A stretch of DNA of 64,000 nucleotides, from assembly GCA_043803685.1 (NCBI GenBank), contig JAZDJU010000031.1, positions 64,001-128,000 on the forward strand, given 5' to 3'. The position numbers and the translations under genes are program-made. The first letter of the stretch is position 1. The number at the start of each line of letters is the position of its first letter. The DNA comes from Candidatus Omnitrophota bacterium (lineage in GTDB: Bacteria > Omnitrophota > Omnitrophia > Omnitrophales > Aquincolibacteriaceae). Of this stretch, positions 1 to 10,008 are shown piece by piece. Under the pieces are notes generated by a model. That model saw only the letters and a program-made list of their open reading frames with translations, was not told the origin of the DNA and made no database searches.

Positions 1-858
1 CTCGGTCGCGATCTCCAGTTCACGTCTCACGCGTTCGTTCTCGCGCACCGTCGCCGCCAACTCGAGCATCATGCTCTTGAGGGATCCGGTCATGTTATTG
101 AAGATACCGGACATACGATTGAACTCTGTCTCGGAAAAATGCCCCAACTGGTGTTCAAGATCACCGCTCCCCACCGTCTCCATTCCCTTGACCACCCGCC
201 GGATCGGCTGCATAAGCCAGAGCGAACTCAGGAAACCGATCACCCACGAAAGACCCAGACAGGCTCCGATCGAGATCAGAAAAAGGCTGGAGAATTCCCA
301 CCGGATCTGGCGAACCGTCTGTTGGGCGATGTCCACTCCGATAACACCCACGGTTTCTCCCGAGCGGGTCTTGACCGGAGCAAACGAGGAGACCCAGGTC
401 CCCCACCGGTCCGTTTGACCTTTCAAATTCGCGAAAGGTTTTTGAAATCCCGTACGAACCGTGGGATCATTTCGGATATCGTAGCGTTCTCCGCACCCGA
501 CCGGTGTGCGTTCGCGATCAGCATTCGTCACAAAGCGGACATAATCCGGATCGGGATCCTTAACCATGATATAGACATCGAAGACATCACGGTCGACTGC
601 ACGAATACTCTGGAGCTTCTTGACGAGCGCCAACGCCTCGGGAGATTTCTCGCAGCCCGGTTGAATGGACACCGCCTGGATATCTTCCCCTGTGATCAGA
701 TTGGCGCTGACTTTGGTAAGATTCTCGAGGTATTGCGTGAAGGCGTCATCGCGCAGTTTGGTGACTTTAAAATAAAAAAAGGAAAAAATGCCCATGAGGA
801 CAATCGTACTGGAGAGAAAAAAAACGATCGAAAGACGGGACGCGAAGCTCTTGAACAT
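1..858 (-). CDS. Membrane sensor with HAMP domain, probably SpoIIE/RsbU-family PP2C phosphatase (3' end runs off the window)
   Basis: Manual translation, absent from the ORF track: MFKSFASRLSIVFF..TM..periplasmic (DRWGTWVSSFAP..VGVIGVD)..TM..HAMP (PIRRVVKGM..GDL..EF..M...FNNM)..ERVRRELEIATE, the typical linker before SpoIIE domains. Confidence 0.75.
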   Translation of the reverse strand, partial: MFKSFASRLSIVFFLSSTIVLMGIFSFFYFKVTKLRDDAFTQYLENLTKVSANLITGEDIQAVSIQPGCEKSPEALALVKKLQSIRAVDRDVFDVYIMVKDPDPDYVRFVTNADRERTPVGCGERYDIRNDPTVRTGFQKPFANLKGQTDRWGTWVSSFAPVKTRSGETVGVIGVDIAQQTVRQIRWEFSSLFLISIGACLGLSWVIGFLSSLWLMQPIRRVVKGMETVGSGDLEHQLGHFSETEFNRMSGIFNNMTGSLKSMMLELAATVRENERVRRELEIATE

Positions 859-973
859 GGCCGCATTCTAACTTTGCCCTGACCAAAAAGCTACTGGGAA
901 TCGAAACCAAAGAGATTTTTCCGGGGGAAGCGCTTTTTTAAAACAGCCTTTCGAAACGCCAAGAACGCAGGGT

Positions 974-3900
974 CTAGCGGGACGTAAGATCGTTGATCTT
1001 TTTCTCGAGATCCAGCAAGGTCGCTTCGAAACTTCTGGCGCGAGACTGGCTCTTCGCGTGCTCTCTTTTCTCGTTTTCAAGTCTTTCTTCAAGATCCTTC
1101 TGTAAAGCGATCTTTTCACTCAAGAGAGCTTCCTTCTCACGCAATGTCTTGGTCAAATCCTCCAACGCGCGAGCCTTCTCACCCCCTTCGGCAAAAGCCT
1201 TTCCTTTTTCTTTTTCAAGATCGGAACATTGTGTCCGGAACTGCTGGATCTGGGTCGCGGCAAAAGCCGCGGCTCTTTCGAGATCTTGGATCCTGGAGGA
1301 TGCCACATCGATCTCCCCGCGCATTTTCTTACCTTCCTCGGTCAAACGAGCCCGTTCCCGCTCGGAAGCCGCGATCTCCGCTATCCGTTCTTCGATCTCC
1401 TTATGGGCAATCAGATTTTGCTCCACACGACAGGCGAGATCCTTCTCGATGCGATGCCGTTCTTCTTCCAATCGTTTCTTATCCTCCTCGAAAGAAGCCC
1501 TGTCACTTTCCAGGTTTTTTTCAAGTTCACGAACCCGGGCTTTTAAGGTCTCCATCTCTTTTCCTCGTTCCGCCAGATCTTTTTGGAGACCCGCGCTGAG
1601 ATTCCCCAACGACTTGAGTTCCACGGCCTTCTCTCCGGCATCCTTCAATGCGGCTTGTTTCTCACAGTCCAAGCGCTTGGCATCCTCTTCTAATGTCGCA
1701 AGAGCCGCCCGATCCTTCTCGAGCGCCGCCTCCAACCCACTGACTTTCCCGACCAACTGTTCAACCATTTCTCTTGCTTCACGGAAACCGTCCTTCAACC
1801 GTTCTTCTTCTTTTTCTTTCTCCAATAGTTCCGAGCCTAAGGCTTTCCGGTCGACTGCAGCTTGAGCCTTCTCGACTTCAAGCGCGGCGCGCATTTTTTC
1901 GTATGCGTCCACCGAAGCGCGGTACTTCTCCGTAAGTTCGTCCGCCGCAACGTCCCTCACCTTGATCTCAGCTTCCGCCGCCGTACATTTCGTCTCCAAA
2001 CTCCGGAGATCCTCCCACAGTCGGGCTTCCTCCGAGGTCTTCACCTCCAAAGCCTGCAACAACTCCGACTTCCCTTTCTCTAACGCCTCGATCCGCGAAC
2101 GGTCTTCCGCCGATGTTTCCTCCAACTCGCGAACACGAGTCGACAAACCTTCAGATTCCTCTGTCTTTGATTCCAAGGTCTTTGAAAGATCGAACTTTTC
2201 TTTCTCCAACAACTGGATCTGGGATCGAGTCTCCTCCGCATTTTTTCAAATTGATCGACCCGAGCTCTCAGATCTCCCGATTCTTTCACACGCTCGGCCA
2301 GCTCTTTCTCAAGACCCGCGCTAATCTCGCCTAAAGACTCCAACTCGATGACCTTGTCCCCAACTTCCTTCAATGCCGCTTGTTTCTCACGCGCGAGATT
2401 TCTCGCATTTTCTTCAAATACAAGGAGCGCCACCCTGTTTTTTTTGAGCATTTCCTCAAAGACCTGGGCGTTGACCTTCACTTCTTCCGATTCTTTCGCC
2501 ACCGATGCCAGATCCTTCTCAAGACGGGCCTTCTCGCCCTCCAGCTCCGCACACTTTTTCTCGTAAGCTTCCACCGCCGCGCGGTGCTTCTCCACAAGTT
2601 CGGCCACCGCCGCATCTTTCGCCTGAATCTCAGCTTCCACCGCTACGCGGTGCTTCTCCGCAATTTCGCTCGCCGCCGCAGCATTCTTCCTGATCTCAGC
2701 TTCCGCCGCCACGTGGTTCGCTTCCACCTTCCCAAGCTCTTCACGCAACTGCGCCGCTTCAGCACGCTTCGACTCCAGAGCCTGCGACAACTCCGAATTT
2801 TCTCTCCCTAACACCTGGATCTGAGACCGGTCTCCCTCCGATGTCTTCTCCAACTCTCGAACACGAACCTGCAATTCTTCCAACTCTTTTGCCACCGATG
2901 CCAGATCCTTCTCAAGACGGGCCTTCTCGTCTTCGAGCTCCGCACACTGCTTTTCATAAACTTCCGCACTCTCAAGCTTTTCACGCAGTTGCGCTTCTTC
3001 AGCACGCTTCGATTCAAAGGCCTTGAAAAGATCCGCCTTCTGTTTCTCCAATCCTCCAAGATTCGCTTCCAACTCCTTCACACGCGATTGGATCTCAAAA
3101 AAATCTTCACGCAGCTTCGTCTCTTCCCTCACTTTTCCCGCGAGCTCCTCGTTGAGCGATCGCCGATCCTCCTCAAGACGGGTCTTTTCGACTTCAAGCG
3201 CCGCCACCACTGCCGCTTTTTCCTCGCCGTCCTTCAATGCCAGAATTTTGTCTTGCTCCAAACGTTTCTGATCATCCGCTAAAACAGTCAGCGCCGCCCG
3301 GCTTTCCGCAAGCGTCTCTTCTAATTCACCAAGACGCACCTTGAACTCCTCGGACTCTTTCGTCTTCAAGCCCAGGTCCTTTTCCAGGCGAACTGTCGCA
3401 GTTCTAAGCACCGCCAACTCCGCGGCTTTCCCTTCTCCGTCCTTCAACGCAGCCTGATTCCGGTGCTCCAACCCTTGCACCTCCGACCAAAGCCGCGCTT
3501 CCTCAGCTCGTTTCGTCTCGAGTTCTTTGAAAAGATCTGACTTCTCTTTCTCCAAACCCTGGATCCTCAGTTGGCCGGCCTCGAATGATTCCTCAAATCC
3601 GCGAACCCGTGCTTTAAGATCCTCCGACTCCTTCACCTTAGATCCCAGATCCTTCTCAAGCCGGGCTTTGGCTTCCCCAAGCGCCGCCAATTCCGAAGCC
3701 TTCAATTCGGCGTTCTTCAATGCCGCTTGTTTCTCTTGCTCCAAACATCGCCTATCATCCCCGGAGGCATCCAGAGCCGACCGGGTCTCTTCCAACGTTT
3801 TCTCTAATCCCAGGATCCGCGTCTGCAATGCGTCCGAATCATTGGCCTTTAAAACAAGATCCTTCTCAAGACGAGCCTTGGATTCTTCTAAGGCCGTCAA

Positions 3901-4569
3901 CTGGGTAGTTTTTTCTTCGATCTTCTTGATCTGCGCACGCGCGGCTTCTATTTCGATCTCAAGCTCCGCCATCTTCAGTCCGGCTTTTTCTTCGTCCGCA
4001 CGAAGCCGCTTGATCACTTCAAGAAGCAAGGCGTTCTCTTTCTCCAGAGTTTTGCGTTTATGTTCCTCGGCGGCGCGTGCTCCCACCTTTTCATGGAGGG
4101 CCTCGCGGGTTCCTTCCTGTTGAAATTTCACCTTGAAGGCTTCTACGTGGGCTTTCTTCTCCGCGGCTAGCTCCGCTTCGAGCCGCTCGCTTTTTTTCTG
4201 CAATTCCTCAAGACGCGATTCCCACTGCTTCCTCTCGGAGGCAAAACGATCCATGCCGGAGGGCACCAGATATTCCTCTTTGTTTTCATGGAGAAAATGC
4301 GTCGGAGAGCCAAGCGAATACACCTTCTGAGGAGATACTGTTTGAGAGGGAGTCGTGGTTTTGGGGGATTCCTTCACTTTTCCCAACAGATCCATAAGGT
4401 CCATCAGTTCCATAAGATCGACCTTGGAGGGCGCTCGAGTCGCCTTGCTTCTATCCGCCGAAGAGTCGCCTTGTTTGAAATAATGCTCGGTCAGGGCCTC
4501 CGCAACGAGGGTGGAGAGACGCCCGCTTTTCACCAGCTCATGGATCTGCTCTTCCAAGGAATTTTTCAT
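974..4569 (-). CDS. Very long coiled-coil repeat protein (~1198 aa if joined), split by a frameshift at 2241-2246
   Basis: ORFs 2080..4644 and 974..2212 share the same E/K/L/A repeats. Adding one A to the A6 run gives FEKNAEETRSQIQLLEKEK, which matches the sibling repeats. ATG at 4569 has a GGAGG RBS. Confidence 0.7.
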
Positions 4570-4736
4570 ACCAAAACCTCCGGAAATAAAGAATCCGAAT
4601 CCTGTGAGGAAAACCCGCTTCGAGGGCGCACGCGACGGAACCACCTTCTTCCATCACAGCCTCGATCCGGGAGGAGTTCTATTTTCTTCGCTAAAAAGTA
4701 CCATGTAAATGGATATTTTTCTAGTCCTTCGCAAAT

Positions 4737-4767
4737 AAAAAAGCCATCGGCACCCATTCCCGATGGC
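4737..4767 (-). terminator. Intrinsic terminator after the TPR gene
   Basis: GCCATCGG..CCGATGGC stem followed by a T6 run on the minus strand. Confidence 0.65.
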
Positions 4768-4816
4768 CCTGCTAGATTCGCTCTTCTGTCACCCCAAACC
4801 GGTCGAGATAATCTCG

Positions 4817-4902
4817 CTAGTACTGTTCTCTATTTAATTTTAGGGGTTAACAGTGCTGTACCGCATACCCCTAATTTCAAATGTAATGTGATGCGGTGCT
4901 AG
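4817..4902. repeat. CTAG-flanked double-hairpin miniature element
   Basis: CTAG-tactgtt..aacagtg-CTG-taccgcat..atgcggtg-CTAG. Confidence 0.6.
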
Positions 4903-4908
4903 TGGATG

Positions 4909-6078
4909 CTAGCCCTTTTTCTCGGCCGCATCCAGATAGAGCTTGGCGATAAGGCACTTCTCTTCATATCCATTGATAATGAACTCGATCCTCCGATCGC
5001 GGTCTTCGTCGGTCAAAGCGTCCGGACCCACCGGCTCGTCTCCAATGATCTTGCACACATCGTTGGTCCTCGAAAAGATCGCCCTCGCCCACTCCCCTTC
5101 ACTGCATTTTCCGAGAAGATACAAAATAGTCACGACGTACTGTCCGCCATAGAGCGAGCCGAGGTTATAAAGCACCGTTTTCTGGTACCCCGTAAAATCG
5201 GCCACAATATCCTGAAAAAAACTGACGATCCTTCTCCACTCTTCGCCGGTATACCGGTCCCACGCGGTAAGGGAGAAACCTTTCTCTTCCAGAAACAGCT
5301 TGACCCGTTCCTGCTGGACCTCCTGGTACATGGAAGTAACAGGATACCCCACGGCAGGCTCAAAAACAGGGTCACTACGCAGCCAGTGCGGCAGCTCTTT
5401 GAAAGGATCATTCTCCTCATTGAGGAAATCGACCTTTGAAGAAGCCAGGACATACGCACTGAAGAATTTGGGTTCCAGAACGATCCCATCCTCGATCAAA
5501 AGGTCGTCGCATCCTTCAAAATCACCCACGATCCTGGCCGCTAAGGCTTTTGTCGCTAATTCCAGCGGATTGCCTCGGAGAGTTTTGAGCCGTTCCCCGC
5601 CCGCCTCAATGTAATACCGGCCGTTCTGGCTGACCCATTTCAAAGCGCTGATCGGGATTTTTTTCAAGAGACCTTGCAGGATCATCGCCTGGAGAGCCTT
5701 CTGGCGATTGTCTAATGCGATCCGCATGCGGGGATCGACATGGATCGCGGCATCAAAACATTGAAGCGCTTCCTTGAAATTTTTCCCCATCATCAGCATC
5801 GAACCTTTGTTGACCAGTTCGTGCGTGCGTAAAAAATTACAGTGGAGCGCCTCCTCGTAGCATTCAAAGGCCTTACCAGCATTCCCAAGCCTGTCATAGC
5901 AACGGCCCAGATTGATCCAGGCCTTTTCATTATTACTATGAACCGCCAAAGCTTTTTCATAACACGCCTTGGCTTTTCCCCAAGCTCTGTTCTTGATGAA
6001 CTCAAAGCCGTCCGTCAGGAACATTTCGCATTCTTTACATGGTTCCTCGTGCACGGGGCACCTCCCCATCAAAACCAT
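4909..6078 (-). CDS. TPR protein with a possible ATP12-like C-terminal region
   Basis: N-terminal TPRs (AWINLGRCY..A..CYEEAL). The segment LKTLRGNPLELATKALAARI resembles the ATP12 N-terminal motif. Confidence 0.7.
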   Translation of the reverse strand: MVLMGRCPVHEEPCKECEMFLTDGFEFIKNRAWGKAKACYEKALAVHSNNEKAWINLGRCYDRLGNAGKAFECYEEALHCNFLRTHELVNKGSMLMMGKNFKEALQCFDAAIHVDPRMRIALDNRQKALQAMILQGLLKKIPISALKWVSQNGRYYIEAGGERLKTLRGNPLELATKALAARIVGDFEGCDDLLIEDGIVLEPKFFSAYVLASSKVDFLNEENDPFKELPHWLRSDPVFEPAVGYPVTSMYQEVQQERVKLFLEEKGFSLTAWDRYTGEEWRRIVSFFQDIVADFTGYQKTVLYNLGSLYGGQYVVTILYLLGKCSEGEWARAIFSRTNDVCKIIGDEPVGPDALTDEDRDRRIEFIINGYEEKCLIAKLYLDAAEKKG

Positions 6079-6191
6079 TGCTTACGATGATTGCGCCGTA
6101 CCAATCTTCCTTATAACATTATAGCTCATTTTGAGCAATAATGAGAACGCAACAGCTCATAAGCGATCTTCTATTCGTACAAATTATCGCC

Positions 6192-6782
6192 TCAAGACTT
6201 CGCCGGACCTCCAAACCATAATTCGCTGTACCGGACAAACAGTCCACCCAAAAGAGAAAACGTCTTACCATAGAGCATTGATGCACTTTCTTGAAATACG
6301 GAGAAAACAACAGCCCCAATAATGGTCATAATAAATACAATAGAAAACGTCTGAGCCGCGAGACCGAGTCCTCTCTCGCGTTCGTTAGCCTTATTGTTTG
6401 AAGCCTCGGCCAGTTCCTTCCGATAGAAACGTTCCTCCTCCCCAAGACCTTTCAGAGCCTCCCCAAGTCTTGATCCCACGGGAAAGAACACGGCAAAAAT
6501 GGCCGCGAACAGGACGACCTTTTGCACTCCTTGGTCGTGGAGGGCAGACATCGTCCACCGTGACACAAAAGCCACATAAATGAGATAAACATAGGACTGC
6601 AAAAGAGCCGTAATCGCAACTCCAAAAACGAAGCGGGCTTTACCACACTTCCCCGACCGGTCGGGAGTGATCATCAACTTCCCCGGAACACTCAAAGCGT
6701 CCAGCACGAATGAAGCTATGAATTTCATGACGACGCCTAAAACCCCCAGCGCAACAATGAAACAAAACGTCCTCAAACCCAC
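6192..6782 (-). CDS. Hypothetical membrane protein
   Basis: 196-aa ORF, about 4 hydrophobic segments, GGAGG RBS. Confidence 0.65.
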   Translation of the reverse strand: MGLRTFCFIVALGVLGVVMKFIASFVLDALSVPGKLMITPDRSGKCGKARFVFGVAITALLQSYVYLIYVAFVSRWTMSALHDQGVQKVVLFAAIFAVFFPVGSRLGEALKGLGEEERFYRKELAEASNNKANERERGLGLAAQTFSIVFIMTIIGAVVFSVFQESASMLYGKTFSLLGGLFVRYSELWFGGPAKS

Positions 6783-7018
6783 AATTCCCCTCCTGTTCCA
6801 CTCGTTCTGATCGAAAACCGCATCTCATGGCGACCCTGTGCGACACCTTTCTCCCTACATCCTTCTTACCTCAAACTTCGGCATTCAAGAAAAAAAACAT
6901 TACCTTATTCGTCACTTTGCTTGTGAGAAGCCCCGTCGATCCAGGACAAGAAAGCAAATTCTAAGAACCGGCCCGGGGGTGATAACATGTGTCGCTTTAC
7001 TTCAAAATGCGGGACGTA

Positions 7019-7264
7019 ATAGCGGCTCGCAACAAGAAGGGATCTGAGTAACCGCTAGCACCATTGCAAGTTTGATCTTACCGGTGAACGGTGCTAGTCC
7101 CAATTCTTATCAATTTTAACGAAGTGGTCCCAATACCAATCAATCGAAGCACAGCTGAGATTGGGGCCATCCAAGTCGCCATTAATGAAATGAAAATGAA
7201 GACTTGGGTGGAAATTGGGGCAAGCCTTGTCGCCCTTTAATAAAAAAATGCAAGACAAGGCTAG
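7019..7264. mobile_element. Tandem and nested double-hairpin miniature elements (7019-7097; 7094-7264 containing insert 7124-7211)
   Basis: 7094-7264 matches the reverse complement of 48581-48667 apart from a few substitutions and an 84-bp insert flanked by GTGG direct repeats. Confidence 0.7.
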
Positions 7265-7517
7265 AAGCGGTTTCATAAGTATGCGTAAACCTATAAGCAG
7301 TATGTCATTCCCGCATGCTTCTAGCGGGAATCCAGCTCTGGTATGTATTCTGGATCCCCGCACTGAACAACCTATAACGCATTCAAGGAAGTTTAGTGCT
7401 GCACTTGTTCTCATTCAAAATTTTATTGAAAACAAGCGCGATTAATACATTCGGGGATGACAATCTGGAGAATGATGCCACAAAAGCATTTAGAGAGACT
7501 TATGAAACAGCTTCTAG
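7261..7517. mobile_element. MITE with ~20-bp terminal inverted repeats ending in CTAG; contains a REP-like palindrome that is itself interrupted
   Basis: CTAGAAGCGGTTTCATAAGT (7261-7280) vs ACTTATGAAACAGCTTCTAG (7498-7517), 19/20 inverted match. Confidence 0.7.
7304..7461. repeat. GTCATTCCCG..GGGAATCCA..TGGATCCCCG..CGGGGATGAC REP/RPE-like palindrome, interrupted at 7361-7440
   Basis: Same architecture as the intact copy at 53424-53496. Confidence 0.7.
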
Positions 7518-8698
7518 CGATCTTGAGCGACATTCCTGGGAAGAATGAAAATGAAATGAGAGCCTTTGCCGGGTTCGCTCTCCACCCATATTTTCCCCCG
7601 GTGAAGCTCGACGATCTCCTTGGCGATGGGAAGACCGAGCCCTGTGCCTTCCTGTTTTTCGGCCGTGATGCGCTCGAACTTATCAAAGACTTTCGTCAAA
7701 AACGCCTTCGGGATGCCGGGCCCCGTATCCGCGATCTCGAAACGGACCTCTTCCCGGTTACCTTCAAGCTTGACCGTGAGCGTTCCGCCGGAAGGCGTAT
7801 ACTTGATGGCGTTATTCAGGAGGTTGATAATCACTTCGCTGATCCTGTCCCGGTCCACCCGGATCGCTCCCAAGTCTGGTGCCATTTCCAGTTTGAAGGT
7901 CAGCCCTTTTTTTGAGATCTGGCCCCGGTAAGAAACCATTATTTCGTCGACGAAAGGAGCGACGGCGAACATCTCTTTTTGAAGCTGCATATGCCCCGCT
8001 TCCAGTTTGGCGAGACTCAAAAGGTCCCCGAGCAGCCGGATGAGGCGGTCCGCGGTCCGCTCCCCCGCCGAGAGGCACCGTTTCTGCTCCTCATTGATCT
8101 CCCCAACCGTACCGCTGTGGATGATATCGAACGATTCTTTGATGATCGAAAGAGGTCCCCGGATCTCGTGCGAAACGTTGGCCACAAAAGACTTCATCTG
8201 TTCGTTCATCTTCTTCACGGTCTCTGAGGCCTTCCGTAACGACTCTTCAGTTTTTTTGTGAGCGGCGATCTCCAACGCCAGGCGAGCATTGGTCTCCGAA
8301 AGTTCGGCGGTCCTAAGTTCCACTTTCTTTTCCAATTCCCTGCCCGCCACTTCGAGCAGATCCCCCCTCTTTTTGCTCTCCTCGCTCAGGGTGCTTATCA
8401 AAAACCCGATGATGAAGAACATCGCGACACGGACTCCTTCGCCCATGACCTGGGAAAAATTCGAGTCGACGAAGAAATGGATGCCCAGCAACTGTACCGC
8501 AAGAAAGAGAACGACCCAGAAAACCTTCCGCTCCCACCACACGGCAGCAAGAATGATCGGAACATAGAACAGGTGGGTATAAACAACTTCCGTGCGAAGG
8601 ATCAAATGGAAATAATAGATGCTTGCGGAGGCCGTCAGGAAAAGAACCGCGATGACAACATTCTTGTAGGGTGCCACTACGACGTTCGTTTTTTTCAT
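7514..8698 (-). CDS. Membrane sensor histidine kinase
   Basis: HisKA VSHEIRGPL, N-box NLLNNAIKY, G-boxes DTGPGI and GTGLGL, N-terminal TMs; start taken at MKKTN. Confidence 0.92.
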   Translation of the reverse strand: MKKTNVVVAPYKNVVIAVLFLTASASIYYFHLILRTEVVYTHLFYVPIILAAVWWERKVFWVVLFLAVQLLGIHFFVDSNFSQVMGEGVRVAMFFIIGFLISTLSEESKKRGDLLEVAGRELEKKVELRTAELSETNARLALEIAAHKKTEESLRKASETVKKMNEQMKSFVANVSHEIRGPLSIIKESFDIIHSGTVGEINEEQKRCLSAGERTADRLIRLLGDLLSLAKLEAGHMQLQKEMFAVAPFVDEIMVSYRGQISKKGLTFKLEMAPDLGAIRVDRDRISEVIINLLNNAIKYTPSGGTLTVKLEGNREEVRFEIADTGPGIPKAFLTKVFDKFERITAEKQEGTGLGLPIAKEIVELHRGKIWVESEPGKGSHFIFILPRNVAQDR

Positions 8699-8858
8699 TC
8701 TGAAATACCTATTCTCATCTTCACGATCCCAGAACAGCAATGCGCTGATTGTACATCTTTCGACCGGACTAACAAAGAAGAACTGTCGCCGCAATATCGC
8801 CGGTGATCCCGAATGGGATATAAATTCATTTCTCAACGAACATAAGAACAAACTTGCT

Positions 8859-9098
8859 CTACGAGTTCCTTGATTCCGGCTCCGAACGTTCTAACTTCTC
8901 CAGATTCGGGTTCGCCGACTGAAAGGCCGGGGCTTGCTCCGTGGAATTTTCGGGGGAAGTCATCGCCTTTTCCGCTCTCCGTGCCGCGATCGCTTTTCGC
9001 GCAACCCGGATCCCGAAGATGGCATACGCCGGAGGCGCCTCAAGAAAAAATGTTCCCGCCACAAGTCCGACCATCATCCATTTCAATGTCCTCGGCAT
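8859..9098 (-). CDS. Small secreted hypothetical protein
   Basis: Signal peptide ending AYA, GAGG RBS. Confidence 0.6.
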   Translation of the reverse strand: MPRTLKWMMVGLVAGTFFLEAPPAYAIFGIRVARKAIAARRAEKAMTSPENSTEQAPAFQSANPNLEKLERSEPESRNS

Positions 9099-9122
9099 CT
9101 CTGACCTCCTCGATTCCAGTTT

Positions 9123-9464
9123 TTATTTTTTATCGTGAACAGTAAGCCAGATCGTTTTTTTCCGGGAAGAGGTCCAGTCGACGCGATGGCAGGTCTTCGC
9201 CGGAATGAACACGTGACCTCCCGCCTTCATATCAAGTTTCCCGCGAACTCCCTTAAAAAAGAGTCGTGCCCGGCCACGCAGAACGATCACCCACTCCGCC
9301 CTCTTCGAACAAAGCCATTGGCCTCCCGGCGTTACTTGCCCGCAGGAAACGATCCGCTCGACCTTAAAACCCTTCCCCGTGTGCAGACACGTGAACGCTT
9401 CCCGCTTTCTTGCGCTCGGAAGCCCTGTGAAAATGTTGCGGTATTTTATTTTTATCTTTGTCAT
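9123..9464 (-). CDS. Cupin domain protein
   Basis: ERIVS.GQ.TP..W..EWVIVLRG.A..HRV.WT pattern. Confidence 0.8.
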   Translation of the reverse strand: MTKIKIKYRNIFTGLPSARKREAFTCLHTGKGFKVERIVSCGQVTPGGQWLCSKRAEWVIVLRGRARLFFKGVRGKLDMKAGGHVFIPAKTCHRVDWTSSRKKTIWLTVHDKK

Positions 9465-9490
9465 AAAGATTTAAAAATGCGAAGTCTGCA

Positions 9491-9925
9491 CTATCGGAGC
9501 TTTTTATAGATAGCCCAAAGGGCCTTGACCCGACGACCTGAACGGCAGTGAAGGATCGCCGGCTTCGCCCCGTCCTGCAACAGAATGACTTTCAGCTCTT
9601 TGGCCTGAGAAACAGTAGGTGTCGTCACGGGAATATTGACGTACCGCAGTCCGTATTTTTCGACGAGAAGTTTTTCTCCGGCCGTGCCTTCCTCGGGAGT
9701 TCTGAGATCGATCACGGTCCGGTATCCCTTTTTCGCTGCGATCCCGATCCCCTTCTCACTCAGCAACCCGCCCCCGACAACGCCTTCTTCCAATTGTATT
9801 GCGCTCACGATCGAGCCCTTAAAATCATCCGCCTGCGACGCGCAAGCCGTCCGCGGCCCCAACCCCAGGATCATCCCGACCGGTAGCAAGATCCACCATA
9901 GTTTGGCCCAAAAGCGCCTCATCAT
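9491..9925 (-). CDS. DUF442/beta-lactamase-hydrolase-like phosphatase (secreted)
   Basis: VIDLR..E and HCRSGRR CX5R motif, signal peptide. Confidence 0.8.
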   Translation of the reverse strand: MMRRFWAKLWWILLPVGMILGLGPRTACASQADDFKGSIVSAIQLEEGVVGGGLLSEKGIGIAAKKGYRTVIDLRTPEEGTAGEKLLVEKYGLRYVNIPVTTPTVSQAKELKVILLQDGAKPAILHCRSGRRVKALWAIYKKLR

Positions 9926-10008
9926 CGTCTTCTCCCCTTTTACTTAGAGACCTAACGTCACTCGCGAACGCATCCCGTTACGAAATGAATGCAACAGAGC
10001 ACGAGCCC

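Noticed and set aside
139..882. 247-aa plus-strand ORF
   Set aside because: Antisense shadow of the minus-strand HAMP/SpoIIE-like gene
974..4569. SMC or SbcC assignment
   Set aside because: No Walker A/B, signature motif or hinge visible
7094..7445. Small ORFs 7094-7414 and 7215-7445
   Set aside because: They lie entirely within nested repeats and are chance open frames
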